DNA of 64,000 nt, from assembly GCA_038087875.1 (NCBI GenBank), contig CM075989.1, positions 22,446,001-22,510,000 of the forward strand, read 5' to 3'. The first letter of the stretch is position 1. Each line of letters begins with the position of its first letter. This document shows positions 11,411 through 24,546 of this stretch, piece by piece. The notes beneath the pieces were generated by a model, which saw only the letters and a program-made list of their open reading frames with translations, did no database searches and was not told where the DNA came from. Source of the DNA: Malacoraja senta (taxonomy: Eukaryota). The translations under genes were made by a program, and so were the position numbers.

Positions 11411-11949
11411 AAGGGCCTGTTTCTGTGCTATATGACTCTGCAGCACAGTCACAATATTGATTTAGTTTGTACATTAGAACCAGATAAATCTAATATATAT
11501 TTCACTATAATGTTCATGAATGGTGTCAGGATAAACGGCATGATAACGGCAGGACCCTGGGCTCTCTATCAAGATCTTTTTGAAGTAGGTAAAATCAGTG
11601 CTTGTACAACAGCTGATGACAAAAGACAAACCGGACCTTTGTGTGCTGAGGGAGATGGGGTTTTTTTTCTCTTTCTATTGCATGGCGCACAGCGCAGACT
11701 TTGTACACGTTGCGTCGCTCGGAGTTGATGTGAAATGCAGCGACTGATGAAGACATCGCCTTTCAGCCACCATTCAGTGCCACCATTAATATCTAACCTG
11801 GGTCACCCTCAAATCCTTGTGAAAAAGTACCAAGGCATAAAGTGCAGTGGGATGGAAATTAATTGTCTCGCCTATGACTAAATGAATGAGTTCTTGACAA
11901 GGGGAGTGTGCATGTTGGAACCGCAGATATAAATTTACAAAAGAAAAAG

Positions 11950-12490
11950 GCACAAAGTGCTGGAGTAACTCAGCGGGTCAGGCAGCATCTCTAGATGGAT
12001 AGGTGACGTTTCACAGAGTGCTGGAGTAACTCAGCGGGTCAGGCAGCATCTCTGGAGAAAAGGAACATGTAACATTTTAAGGGCCTGTCCCACTGTACGA
12101 GGTAATTCAAGAGTTCTCCCGAGTTTCCCCTGATTCGAACTCGGAGATTTACGGTAATAGCCGCTCGTAGGTACTCGGGGCTCCCGTGGACGTTTTTCAA
12201 CATGTTGAAAAACCTTCACGAGTCTTCACGAGCTTACCGCGTTTCCCGAGTACCTGCCGTTAGCGTTACGAGCCGCTAAGAGACGTCCCGAGCTCCAACA
12301 TACCCGCTACGTACATTCTATGGGCTTACCACGAGTTTGATTTTTTTTTTTTTAACTCGGGAGAGCTCTTGAATTAGCTCGTACCGTGGGACGAGGTCGA
12401 GACCCTTCTTCAGACCGATGAAGGTCTGACTTTCCAACTTGAGACTTCCACCATTCCTTCTCTCCAGAGATGCTGCCTGACCCGTTGAAT
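11950..12490. mobile_element. Penelope pLTR fragments, tandem plus inverted, split by a MITE
   Basis: Direct repeat of gtgctggagtaactcagcgggtcaggcagcatctct (11957, 12018); inverted arm 12450-12490. Confidence 0.75.
12080..12392. mobile_element. PIF/Harbinger-type MITE (family A), right TIR clipped
   Basis: AGGGCCTGTCCCACTGTACGAG..CTCGTACCGTGGGAC; homologous to 36928 and 43531. Confidence 0.85.
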
Positions 12491-12624
12491 GCTGTTCACT
12501 ACGACAGTTCGACCATTACCATGAATATATGGAGCACTGAGAACTGGGGTGATACAGTTTCCTCTGTGCAAGGTGCCCACACCTCATGAATTCATCAGTG
12601 CAAACTGTAAGACCCACCGTATAT

Positions 12625-13030
12625 GTAGACTTGGATCGTTTTCTCTGGAACCTCGAAGGTTGAGGGGAGACTTAATAGAAATATATAACATTATGAGAGG
12701 CACAGATAGGGTAGACAGTCAGAACCTTTCTCCCAGGGTGGTAATATCCAGCACTAGAGGGCATACCTACAAGGTGAGAGGGGGGAGTTTAATGGAGATG
12801 TACGGGGGAAAGTTCCTTACACAGAGAGTGGTGGGGGCCTGGAACGCAATGCCAGGGGTGGTGGTGGAGGAGGATACGATAGTGGCGTTTAAGAGTCTTT
12901 TGGATAGGCGCGTGGAAGTGCTGGGAATCGAGGGATATGGATCATGTACAGGCAGACAAAATCGATTTAGCTTGCTATCATATTCATTGTGGGCCGAAGG
13001 GCCCATTTCTGTGCTGTACTGTTCTATGTT
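12625..13030 (+). mobile_element. CR1 3' fragment
   Basis: LGSFSLEPRRLRGDLIEIYNIMRG..TRGH..FLTQRVVGAWNAMP. Confidence 0.9.
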
Positions 13031-13039
13031 TTATGTTTA

Positions 13040-13338
13040 TTTTAGTTTTGAGATACAGCGCAGAAACAGGCCCTTCGGCCCAAGCTGACCAGCGATCCCC
13101 GCATATTAACACTATCCACTAGGCATAATTTTTACATTTACCAAGCCGATTCACCTACATACCTGTACATGTTTTGAGTGTGGGGGGGAAACTGAAGATC
13201 TCAGAGAAAATCTACGCAGGTCCTGGGGAGAACGTACAAACTCCGTACAGACAGCACCCGTAGTCGGGATTGAACCCGGGTCTCCGGCGCACCATTCGCT
13301 GTAAGGCAGCAACTCTACCGCTGCGCCACCGTGACTGC
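13040..13338 (-). mobile_element. HE1-like SINE
   Basis: Full head, V-domain and tail. Confidence 0.88.
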
Positions 13339-14055
13339 CTCACCTTGTCTTTTTATCATTCCACTTTTCCACACACCAACGTCATTACTTCAAATATACC
13401 CCAAAAAAAGTTCTGAGAGGCCACTTCTTCACTCATCATCTCCAAAACGTTAAATAGGCCAGAAAGACTGGAGTCGATTTATGTCCACAGTAACTTACAG
13501 GAATGGATTGTCTGTCTCTCTTGGAACCTGGGCTGTTTTTTTTTAAATTCCATTGCAATCAATATAAGGGATAAGCAGTCTATTCTGTTGGATTACCAAG
13601 CTTTTAAATATTTTTTTATTATTTGGAACTGAAATTATGTCAAAGGGGGGAAAGTAAGGCCAAGCTGTAGATAGAGAGTTTATACTAATGAATGGTCCAA
13701 TTGGTGAAACTAATTATCTGTAATATTGTTGTTACTCAGACTTCTAATTGTCTGTCAATATGTCCAAAGAGTTCAAGCTTGAAGAAGTTTTATTTGTTTG
13801 AATTGTAAATTGTCCCAAGTGTGTGTAGGATAGTGTTAGTGTGTGGTGATTGCTGGTCAGTGCGGACTCGGTGGGCCCAAGAGCCTGTTTCCGCGTTGTA
13901 TCTCTAAACTAAACTGCACTAAACTAAACTAAACTGACAGCTTTTGAACCTCCGTCTCTATCCTTTTGCTCCTCTTACACGTTTTAAAAGATCAGAGAGT
14001 TGAATTCCCACAGGGCCTGAGCTACAGGGGGTGGTTGGGCAAGCTAGCACTTTTG

Positions 14056-14288
14056 AAGACCTGTCCCACTTGGCGATTTTTTCGGCGACTGCCGGCATCA
14101 TATCAGTGTCGCCAAAAGATTTTGAACATTTCAAAATCCAGCGGCGAAAAAAAAATGTTGCGACACTTGAAAAAACACCACGCGTCAAACATCATCACGC
14201 TGCATCACACGGCAACTTTTTTGGTGACCTGATACGGCAGTCAATTATGCCAGCAGTGCCGAAAAAATCGGCAAGTGGGACAGGTCCT
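14056..14288. mobile_element. PIF/Harbinger-type MITE (family B)
   Basis: AAGACCTGTCCCACTTGGCGATTTTTTCGGC / GCCGAAAAAATCGGCAAGTGGGACAGGTCCT; flanks TTG and TTA; inverted homolog of 55614. Confidence 0.85.
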
Positions 14289-14590
14289 TTAGAGATACAG
14301 CGTGGAAACAGGACCGTCGGCCCACTGAGTCCGTGCTGACCAGCGTTCACCCCGTACACTGGCACTATCCTACACACACGAGTCAAGAGTCACAATTTAG
14401 AAAAGCCAATTAACCTGCTAACCTGTACGTCTTTGGAGTGTGGGAGGAAACCGGAGCACCCGGAGAAAACCAATGCAGTCACGGGGAGAACGTACAAACT
14501 CCGTACTGGCAGCACCTGTAGTCAGGATCGAACCCGGGTCTCTGGCGCTGTGAGGCAACAACTCTACCGCTGTGCCACAGAGCCACCCCT
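14289..14590 (-). mobile_element. HE1-like SINE
   Basis: Full-length match to the other copies. Confidence 0.88.
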
Positions 14591-15052
14591 GGTCATCACA
14601 ACACAACAGAGGCATGACATTAACATTGACTTTGAGATGCTACAGCTAGAAGTATTAGCTGGATGTGGATTTAGTGTGTGTGTGTGCTGTTTTTAACTTC
14701 ATAGGCAGTGATGAGGGCTTGTTGGATATGAACGGGGTGGGGGGGGGGAGGTGCTCAAGACACAGCCACTTCACCTGCTTATAGCTCTACTTCTGTCTTC
14801 ACATTTGCAGTGAAAAAAAACCACCTTCATTACAGGTGCTGATATCATCAAGTTTTAATCAAGTTAGCGAGCCAATTTTAAATTGTCTCAAAACTGAGGC
14901 ATGGATTCTTTCTGTCGATCGCAGGTGAAAAGGTCAAACGTTCTAGACCTCTTCTCTCTCATCACTCAGATTTAATGAACTCAAAATCCTGTCTGATGTT
15001 CAAAGAAATTGCACATTTGGTTTTGAAAGTGTAACGAAATTAAGTCTGTATA

Positions 15053-15186
15053 TGTGCAGGAAGGAACTGCAGATGCTGGTTTAAACCGAAGATAGGCACA
15101 AAATACTGGAGTAACTCAGCGAGTCAGGCAGCATCTCTGAAGTGAAGGAACAGGTGACGTTTCAGGTCGAGACCCTTCTTCAGACT
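15053..15186 (-). mobile_element. Penelope pLTR fragment with an intact hammerhead core (15156-15183)
   Basis: Minus strand reads CTGAAGAAGGGTCTCGACCTGAAACGTC. Confidence 0.78.
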
Positions 15187-15239
15187 AGTTTTAGACCCAG
15201 CACTAAATTCCAAAGATCAAACTACATCAGACAAAATGC

Positions 15240-15572
15240 GGTATGGTGGCGCAGTGGTAGAGTTGCTGCCTTACAGCACTAACAGAGCTAGAGACCTGGG
15301 TCCGATCCCGACTGGGTGGTCTCTGTACGGAGTTTGTACGTTCTCCCCGTGACCGCGTGCGTTTTCTCAGAGATCTTCAGTTTCCTCCCACACTCCAAAG
15401 AGGTACAGGTTTGTAGGTAAATTGGCGTGGCATAAGCGAACATTATCCCGAGTTTGTGCAGGATAGTGTTTGTGTACGGGGATCGCTGGACGGCCCGGGC
15501 TCGATGGGCCGAAGGGCCTGTTTCCCCCCCCCCCCCAGTATCTCTAAACTAAAAAACTAAACTAAACTAAAC
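15240..15572 (+). mobile_element. HE1-like SINE
   Basis: ggtggcgcagtggtagagttgctgcc..(AAACT)n. Confidence 0.88.
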
Positions 15573-16270
15573 AACATCAGACATGTTCATGCAGACATAC
15601 ATGGTGTGGTGTCAAACACAAAATGGGGACCATTTCCCTACCACAGTAAGTCCGGAATCATGTATCTGTCAACATTGGGATGAGAAACACTCTTTCAATC
15701 TTGATCTGATCAAAGTAGGGTGAGAGTTGAGATCCTTTAATCATCTCAAGCAGCGATAACAAGGCGAACGCACAATGAAAATCGACGTTGAAAACTCATT
15801 TCTCCCGGTCTCCACTTCTTCTGTTTTAGTCGGCAACCAACATAATTTGATAAACTATGATATTATCAGGGTTGTGATGAATTTCACCCCTGGTGGCCAT
15901 TCATGCATTGCAGGCAGATTTTTTTTTTCCTACGAATCTCCCCGTGACCTGTGTGGGTTTTCTCCGGGTGCTCTGGTTTCCTCCCACACTCCCATACAAG
16001 ACATATAGACACATTAACGTACAGGTTTGTCAGTTAATTGGCTTGGTATAATTATAAATTGTCCCTAGTGTGTGTGTGTGTAGGATAGTGCTAATGTGCG
16101 GGGATCGCTGGTCGGTGCCGTCTCGGTGGGCCGAAGGTCCTGTTTCCGCCCTGTGTCTCTAAATTAAACTAAATAAACATCATTCAGAATAATAAAAAAT
16201 GTATATGAAGCAACAGTGCAATAAACAAGCCCGACATTCTCAGCAGCTATACATACATTAGTTAGCATTA

Positions 16271-16366
16271 CGTTTAAGAAGGAACTGCAGATGCTGGAAA
16301 ATCGAAGGTAGACAAAAGTGTTGGAGAAACTCAGTGGGTGCGGCAGCATCATAGATCTTGTCTACC
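16271..16366. mobile_element. Mini Penelope insertion
   Basis: 13-bp TSD TTAGTTAGCATTA at 16258-16270 and 16367-16379. Confidence 0.8.
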
Positions 16367-16414
16367 TTAGTTAGCATTATATTTGGTTGTGGTGACAAAA
16401 GCATCATTACATTA

Positions 16415-16825
16415 GACACCCTAGAGAGCATTTTATCGGGATGCATCACGGCTTGGTTTGGGAACAGCTCAGCTCCATCCAAGACCGCAAGAAATTGCCG
16501 AGAATTGTGGACGCAGCCCAGACCATCACACAAACCAACCTCCCTTCCTTCGATTCCATCCACACCTCACGCTGCCTCGGCAAGGCCGGCAACATAATCA
16601 AGGACGAGTCGCACCCCGGCCACTCCTTCTTCTCCCCTCTCCCATCGGGCAAGAGGTATAGAAGTGTGAAAATGCACACCTCCAGATTCAGGGACAGTTT
16701 CTATACACTGCAAATGGCTCGACTGTAATCATGTATTGCCTTTCCGCCGACTGGTTAGCACGCAACAAAAAGCTTTTCACTGTACCTCGGTATAAGTGAC
16801 AATAAACTGAACTGAACCGAACTGA
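16415..16825 (+). mobile_element. Rex1/Babar 3' fragment
   Basis: ESILSGCITAWFGN..IIKDESHPGHSFFSPLPSGKRYRS; (AACTG)n tail. Confidence 0.88.
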
Positions 16826-18907
16826 GCCTCGCAAGGAAAATGCAATTCTCCGCTACACCACGGAGAATTCGTTTCATCCTCATGATCATAATGAATGGCT
16901 CGAAGGGCCAAATGGCCTCCTCCTGCACCTATTTCCTATGTTTCTATCTCTGTTTCTATCCTCCCTCATCACAGCATCGCCCTCTCCCTCCATCCCCCTC
17001 CCCCCCCTACAACATATCTCAGTGGGTCAACCGATCTTCCACTGCCAATTGAAGGCCAGCTGTCTTTTTCTCTGCGTTTCTCGAGACCATGTGATCAATG
17101 AGTTGTCTGGGGCTTGGGAGTTAAAATGACCTAAGATTTAATTTGATGGCATAGACACAGTGGTTAATACATTCACCACTGCCAGCTGCAACTCCGTTAA
17201 AAGTTCCACTGCCTGGTTAGCAATGGAAGTCTTGCTGATTTCTAATATCATTCATTTCTACGTATTAGGTCCAGTTAAATTCAATAGGAAACAATTGGTG
17301 GTGATTGTTTTGTTAATTTTGCCAGTCACAATGTTAATGGAAGCACTGCTCAATTTTTTTTAAGCGCATGAAGCTGCTAAGCGGGTTAATATACATCGAT
17401 TTAAATGAAGTGTATTTAACAAGGTAAATTTACAGACACAAATGTGGGAAATTAAAAAGGAGAGCGATTTATAAATCGTGCTGCCAGGTCCAAATATGCT
17501 TCCCGCAGTTGAAACAGTCCGCATGTACCACATTCTGTTAAATCTTGCCTTCAATATCACGAGCTATTAAGATTTCCAATAAGTAGGCAGGGCGTTTAAG
17601 CAGCAAAACATGCAGGTCTGGATTCTTTGCATTGGATTCTTTCGATACATTTTGTTAGCAACGAGCTGCTCATATCTTCACTCACATGCTTTGGTATCTG
17701 ACATACTCTGCTTCAAGCTTAAATATTTAATTCCAGTCCTGTGACTCGGCGTATTGCCTTTTTTTAAAAAACTGGGCTCATTAGCGATGACAAACGAAAA
17801 CAAAGGGTTGATACACTAGACCTCACCTATCTTTGGAGCAAGTGATCAGAACCTCAAGGCCCACATCAGACCAAGACCACCCCGAGGTGATGCCGATTCC
17901 GGCCTTATTTTATGGCGCTGGCTTATTAATTATTGTCCTTAAGAAGATGCCACATAAAGAATGTGTCATTCTTTGAAGAGAGAGAGAAAAGAAGCAGCAG
18001 AGATCAAAGCAATCCTTTCGCTTTTCATGCCTCAGAACCTCAAAGAAAGATCAGCAACAATCAGGTCTAGGGTCCTGTGTCCTTTCTAGCAATTAGGCTC
18101 AGCTGATGGTGTGAAAGGATGAATGGCAGAGTTCATGGCCTTTCCTAGGCTTCAGACAACAGGCTTTCAAAGCAGCAGACATTGCTGAAATCATTTCAAA
18201 TGAAGGGTAGTAAGATTCATTATCCTCTATCCTTACAATTACATGAACACCTGATGTCTGTATATTCCAGGCCCTTCATCTTACACCAGCTTAGATTAGT
18301 TGGGGTTTTTACATTATACTATATTTTATGCAAAGAATGCGAATTTAGCATGAAAAGCAACAATTCTAATTGAAACCTCATTATTGTTAAAATGTCAACC
18401 TTTTTAACCTCTATTAAATGGACATTTATTTGTTTTTTTTCTACATATGTGTAGTACCAGTAATTAAAATATATGCAAATCTACTTACATGCATATTGAT
18501 TTCCTGGTGCAAACGTACCATTGTTTCTTTTATTGATTGGAATTTATTATTTACTAATAGCGAGCAAATTTGTCATTGGATGTGCTTTGATTTGTAGGAC
18601 TGTTGCTGGATAAAATACAGTTCACAAGGTTGCCACTTAAAAAAATCCTCCAGATGAGCATCAGTGTTGAGAAGGCTTGGGTAGTTAGACCATGCCAATT
18701 TGTACACTGCCAAGATCGGCCAGCATGCGTTTCACTGCAGTCTTCTGCTGCTGCTCCTCGCGATGGCTTCAACCACAAGGATGCTCCAACACTTCATGGC
18801 GGAGTTCGCTCATATGTTTATTCATGCCCACCAGATTTTTCTTGGATCAATAGGCTTTAGCTCAGATCAGCTGAGCACGGCGTAACAAAAACCTGACGCA
18901 CACATCA

Positions 18908-19208
18908 GGGTGGCACGGTGGCGCAGCGGTGGAGTTGCTGCCTTGCAGAGCCAGGTTCGATCCTGACTGCAGGTGCTGTCTATACGTTCTCCCCGTGACC
19001 ACGAGCGTTTTCTCCAGGTGCTCCGGTTTCCTCTCACATTCCAAAGTCAAACAGGTTTGTAGGTTAGTTGGCTTTGGTAAAATTGTAAATTGTCCCTAGT
19101 GTGTAGGATAATGCTAGTGTGCAGAGTGATCGATGGTCGACGCAGACTCGGTGGGACAAAGGGCCCGTTTCTGCACTGTATCTCTAAACTAAACTATACT
19201 AAACTAAA
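18908..19208 (+). mobile_element. HE1-like SINE
   Basis: Head, V-domain, tail. Confidence 0.87.
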
Positions 19209-20184
19209 TATCAAACAACACAACAATAGGATCAGAATACTATTGCGTGAGAGTGGTACCATGTCATTCAACTCAACTCGACTATCCTTCCCCACTTCAA
19301 CTCATCCTGATAAAATACAACCCACACCTTGTTCCTCATGCTTATATGCACGGCACTTTAAGAGGAGAAAAATACAACATATCAGCCAAAGCACTTTAAT
19401 GTTCATAAGCCATAGGAGCAGAATTAGGCCTTTCGGCCCATCGAGTCTAATGCAACATTCAATCATCTTTCCCTCTCATTCCCATTTCCCTGCCTTCTCC
19501 CTATAATCTTTGACACCTTACTAATCAAGAACCTACCAATCTCTGCTTTAGAAAATACCCAACAACTTGACCTCCACAACAATCTGTGGCAACTATCTTA
19601 CCTTAGGAAGTTCATTTCAGGATTTTACTTCGATAAAAAATTATTTACAATGGATAAATCCAAGTAGCAATATATGTAACTTCATATATCAGAGATTAGT
19701 TTCACTAGCTTTTTTTTATCTGGTTGATTCTCTTTCATTATTTGTCACATAATACAAATTAAAAACTCTCCAGATTTCCTGATAGTGCTCCAACAGGAAC
19801 CTGAGATGTGGTAGATTAATGTTAGTGCAGCTTTTATACGGCGTTCAAAATTAGAGGCATGGGAACACCAAATTCAAATAGCTTTGAGTTCGAGATGAGA
19901 TCTTCAGCTACCTGGCTGTTGAGTCCAGGAGTCATAGAGGATGTAAACAGGCCCATCAGCCCATCGTGTCCATGTCGGCATACTATGCTAGCCCCATTTG
20001 TGAGCATTTGACCCCTTGACCTCCAAACCCGTCCTACCCATTGAGAATGTACTCCAGCTTGTGAGGGAGTCCATTTGTGCTTTTGAAAAGCACAAATGGG
20101 ACTATTATTTGGCAGCTTTGAAGTTGCCTGCCAAATTAACAAAAGAACCAGTATCAATGTCATAGCTTGATGGTTAAGTCTCTT

Positions 20185-20505
20185 AATTCTTTAGCCAGAG
20201 GCTGGTGGATAAGGTCATAAGTGATAGGAGCAGAATTAGGCCATTCAGCCCATCAAGTCTACACTGCCATTCAATCATGGCCAATCTATCTCTCCCTCCT
20301 AACCCCATTCACCCGCCTTCTGCCCATAACCCCTGACACCTGAATCTGTGGAGTTCATTGCCACAGACGGCTGTAGAGGCCAAGACATTGGGTATTTTTA
20401 AGGCAGAGATTGATAGGTTCTTGATTAGGAAGGACGTCAAAGGGCACTGGGAGAAGGCAGGAGAAGGAAATCTCCTTAGATCAGCCGTGATTGAAAGGTG
20501 GAATA
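20185..20505. mobile_element. CR1 3' end (minus, 20213-20340) inserted into another CR1 3' fragment (plus)
   Basis: Host reads ttctttagccagagg..|tgaatctgtggagttcattgccacag across the insert. Confidence 0.75.
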
Positions 20506-20684
20506 GCACCATTAAATAAAAATGACATTCTCGGCAATTTGCTAGGTAATCAAGCTATATCACCAAACAAGTAAATGGTTTGGTCATTTTCTCATAGCTG
20601 CCTATGTTAACATATGCACACATTATCTGCCAAATTTCCCACATGTTTAGTTTAGTTTTAGTTTAGTTTAGCAGGCCCTGTTTG

Positions 20685-20790
20685 CACACACACGCACACA
20701 GACACAGACACAGGTGCAGACGCAGACGCAGACGCAGACGCAGATGCAGACGCAGACGCACACGCACACGCACACGCACACAGACACAGC
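20685..20790. repeat. Compound microsatellite (CA)n/(GCAGAC)n/(GCACAC)n inside a SINE
   Basis: Directly visible. Confidence 0.9.
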
Positions 20791-20930
20791 CAGCACTCGT
20801 AGTCGGGATCGAACCCGGGTCTCTAGCGCTGCAAGCGCTCTAAGGCAGCAATTCTACCGCTGCACTACCGTGCCACCCCTGATGATATGATGTTACACTT
20901 CCATTACATTTTACTGGGCATTGAAGGCAA

Positions 20931-21405
20931 TCAGATTCAGATTCAGATTCAGATTCAACTTTATTGTCATTGTGCAGTGTACAGTACAGAGACAACGAAA
21001 TGCAGTTAGCATCTCCCTAGAAGAGCGACATAAATATGAGCAGTAAATAAATAAATCTAATCTAATAAATCCTGGTGGGAGGAGTGTCCGGGGGGGGGGG
21101 GGGGGGGTGTGATTGGCAGTCACCGAGGTACAGTGTTGAGTAGTGTAACCGCCGCAGGGAAGTAGCTGTTCCTGGACCTGCTGGTCCGGCAACGGAGAGA
21201 CCTGTAGCGCCTCCCGGATGGTAGGAGGGTAAACAGTCTGTGGTTGGGGTGAGAGCAGTCCTTGGCGATGCTGAGCGCCCTTCGCAGACAACGCTTGCTT
21301 TGGACAGACTCAATGGTGGGGAGTGAGGAACCGGTGATGCGTTGGGCAATTTTCACCACCCTCTGCAGTGCTTTCCGGTCGGAGACAGAGCAGTTGCCAT
21401 ACCAA
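20931..21405 (-). mobile_element. Rex1/Babar 3' fragment with (GAATCT)n tail
   Basis: WYGNCSVSDRKALQRVVK..HPNHRLFTLLPSGRRYRSL. Confidence 0.9.
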
Positions 21406-21570
21406 TGAAAGGCACTTAAAAGAAACAATTGTTCTTGAATCTTCAAAGAATATTTTGGGCCATACAGATACACAGATTTCACAATGCACTGTGCAGTTTA
21501 CAATCAAATGGCATTAAAGAGACAAATAACACAGAAGTGTATATTATATAGAATGTAGCGCATTTTAAAT

Positions 21571-21848
21571 GAGACCCGGGTTTGATCCTGACTATGGGTG
21601 CTGTCTGTACGGAGTTTGTACGTTCTCCCCTTGGCCGCTTGGGTTTTCATCGCATGCTCCGGTTTCCTCCCACACTCCAAAGACGCTCAGGGTTGTGGGT
21701 TAATTTGGTTTTGGTAAAAATTGTAAATTGTCCCTCTTGTGTACGATAGTGCTAGTGTTCAGGGGTGATCGCTGGTTGGCGCCGACTCGGTGGGCCGAAT
21801 GGTCTGTTTCCACGCTGTATCTCTAAACGAATCTAGACTAAGCTAAAG
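21571..21848 (+). mobile_element. HE1-like SINE, 5' clipped
   Basis: B-box onward. Confidence 0.85.
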
Positions 21849-22097
21849 TAATATTTGTTTCCAGTTTCACGCAAGACATGTAGTTCATGCATTTATTAAC
21901 ACTTTAAACATTGAATTGTAATGGTGCCCAAATGCAAAGAAGTAGAATCATGGATGATTTGGATAGAACACAGCTTTGGAAAACTAGGAGCTGGTTTCAA
22001 GAATTTCCAAAGTAGATCCGAACATTGCCAGTTCTGGTAGAATTTCAGTAAATTCCTTGTGAAAACTACTCAGATATTCTTCAACCTACTGAATGAT

Positions 22098-22545
22098 CCC
22101 AGGAATGAGTAGGTTAACCTATGTTGAGCGTTTGACGGCATTGGGCCTGTACTCACTGGAGTTTAGAAGAATGAGGGGGGACCTCAATGAAACATACAGA
22201 ATATTGAAAGGCTTGGATAAAGTGGATGTCCACTAGTGGGAGAGTCTAGGGCTAGAGGTCATAGCCTCAGAATTAAAGAACGTTCTTTTAGGAAAGAGAC
22301 GTGGAGGAATTTCTTTAGTCAGAGGGTGATGAATCTGTGGAAATCTTTGCCACAGAAGGTTGTGGAGGCCTAGTCAGTGGATATATTTAAGGCAGAGATA
22401 GATAGATTCTTGATTAGTACAGGTGTCAGAGGTTATGAGAAGGCATGAGAATGGGGTTAGGAGGGAGAGATAGATCAGTCGTGATTGAATGGCGGAATAG
22501 ACTTAATGGGCCGAATGGCCTAATTCTGCTCCTGTCACATGATCT
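22098..22545 (+). mobile_element. CR1 3' fragment
   Basis: ctgtactcactggagtttagaagaatgaggggggacctc..gggccgaatggcctaattctgctcct. Confidence 0.88.
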
Positions 22546-22956
22546 TAATAAGTAGTGTAATATGATGGTGTACAACCAAGATTGCTTGGTTGGAATTGAT
22601 TCCATCGGTCATAGCTGGATGTTTGATCTCTTGATGATCACTTAGATATATGATGTTAAGTACAGTGAGAAAGATTCAAAGCTTGTGAAAAAAAGCAGCG
22701 AAATAGTTTCTGGTCATCATAATCACACAAGATATTACTCTGCATTTGATCAGTTACTCAATTGGATATTGTATTATATGGTGAGAATTGTAATCAATAA
22801 TAATGCAACATGACGCACATGTTGTCAGTGACAGGAGATTGAAGCCTCTGTATAATTTAGTTCTTCACAAAATGTCATTGTACGAGCAGATATCACTGCG
22901 GAATACCAGGATAGCAATTTGCCTTTGAAAAAAAACGTTGGGCTTCAAACTGACCA

Positions 22957-23257
22957 TTTAGTTTGGATTAGAGATACAGCGTGGAAACAAGCCCTTCTGC
23001 CCACTGAATCTGCGCCGACCAGCGATCACCCGTACACTAGTTCTATCCTACGCACTAGGGACATTTTACAGAAGCCAATTAGCATACAAACATGCACGTC
23101 TTTGGAATGTGGGAAGAAACAGGAACACCCGGAGAAAACCCACGCGGCCACAGGGAGAATGTACGAACTCCGTACAGATGCCACCCGTAATCACGTTTGA
23201 ACCCGGGTCTCTGGCGCTGTAAGGCAGCAACTCTACTGCTGCGCCACCGTGCTGCCC
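22957..23257 (-). mobile_element. HE1-like SINE
   Basis: Full length. Confidence 0.88.
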
Positions 23258-23748
23258 TTGTGGATTTCTTATCCATGCTTGGCCAACTTAAATTCCTCTG
23301 ATATTCAACTATAATTTAACACTTAGTAAAACCACTGAACCAATTTGATGACATTATCTTTGAATCATTCTCATGGACAGTGATTTTGTTTCTTATGTGT
23401 GTGCTGTTGAATTATTTGTCTTCATGTCCTGCTTCATTCCTTCAATGTAATAAGTTTAATCTAATCTAATTTAATAAGTTATAGCAAGAATTCAAATATA
23501 CTGTAACGATATTAAAATGGAATAGGGAAATATAGCAAAAAATAAAACATGAGCAATTGAATGTTTTGTTTTAGAATGACACTGTAGGAATAATGGTATC
23601 TGCCAGTGATCTGTATTGAAACTTTTATTTTAAATTCCCACAAATTGTTTACAAGATCACAAATCGGGGACGGCAGTAAATATTTACTTGCGGTGGGTGA
23701 GTTTGGTCATGTTCCTGAGCAAAGGCTGTATTATACTTTTATAAGAAT

Positions 23749-24546
23749 ACTAGACTAAGTGGGACCCGTTGGGTCCCAGCATCACACGGGATGGCTGGTC
23801 CCCCAATGCAATAGTCCACCTCTCCACCAATTCCAATATTGGTGGCCAGTGGGGGGGGGGGGGCTTACTAGAGCGCTAGTATGGGTGTTGTGGGCTGAAG
23901 GGACTGGTTTCCAGAGGGCTAGTATGGACATTGTGGGCCGAATGGATTCTTGGGCTGGTGGCTCAGTCACTCAAGACTGTTGTGCTGGCAGCTCACTCTC
24001 TCACGGCTGGTGGGCTGGCTGTTGACTCACGGCTATTCCTTGAAATTCCATTTCAAGCAGGGTGCAAGGCTACCAAATTCAAGTGCAATTTCTTACCACT
24101 TCAAACAGGGTGCAAGGCCACCAAATTCAAGTACAGTTTCATACAAATTCAAGCAGGGTGCAAGGCCACCAAATTTAAGTGCAGTTTCATACCATTTCAA
24201 GCAGGGTGCAAGGCCAATAAAGACAGTGAGTCGTGACCTCTCCCTCCTCCATCTTGCAGAGACTGAGCCAAGCCCACACTTCTGGGTTTTATAGTCCCTC
24301 CCCCCCTTCCACTAGAAGGGTCGTGGCCTTCATGGCGTGATTGACAGGAGAGAGAATTTCAACATTTTTTAAACACGAATAACTCTTTTATTTTTCATCA
24401 ATGGGGAAAATCCTCGGCACCTAATGAACGGACGGGGACTCTGAGTAAGATGACCAAAAATCACATCCGTACATGGTAGCGTTTTTTCTAAAATCCATAT
24501 AAAGCGCAAACAGGAAGTGGTCAAGATTAGACTTTTTTATTATAGA
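23749..24546. mobile_element. Putative Helitron/Helentron-type non-autonomous element
   Basis: Starts ACTAG; subterminal hairpin GGGACCC-GTT-GGGTCCC (23761-23777); internal minisatellite; TATTATAG end motif; no TIR or TSD seen. Right boundary uncertain. Confidence 0.45.
24045..24217 (+). repeat. Minisatellite, 48-bp unit, about 3.5 copies
   Basis: GGGTGCAAGG recurs at 24060, 24108, 24156 and 24204. Confidence 0.95.

Noticed and set aside
14905..15040. Splice acceptor followed by a possible exon
   Set aside because: No recognisable peptide and no convincing donor.
24045..24217. 48-bp repeats as a CRISPR array or repeat protein (ORFs 23931, 23950)
   Set aside because: Units are head-to-tail with no unique spacers, no cas genes and a eukaryotic context. 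The frames stay open only because 48 is divisible by 3.
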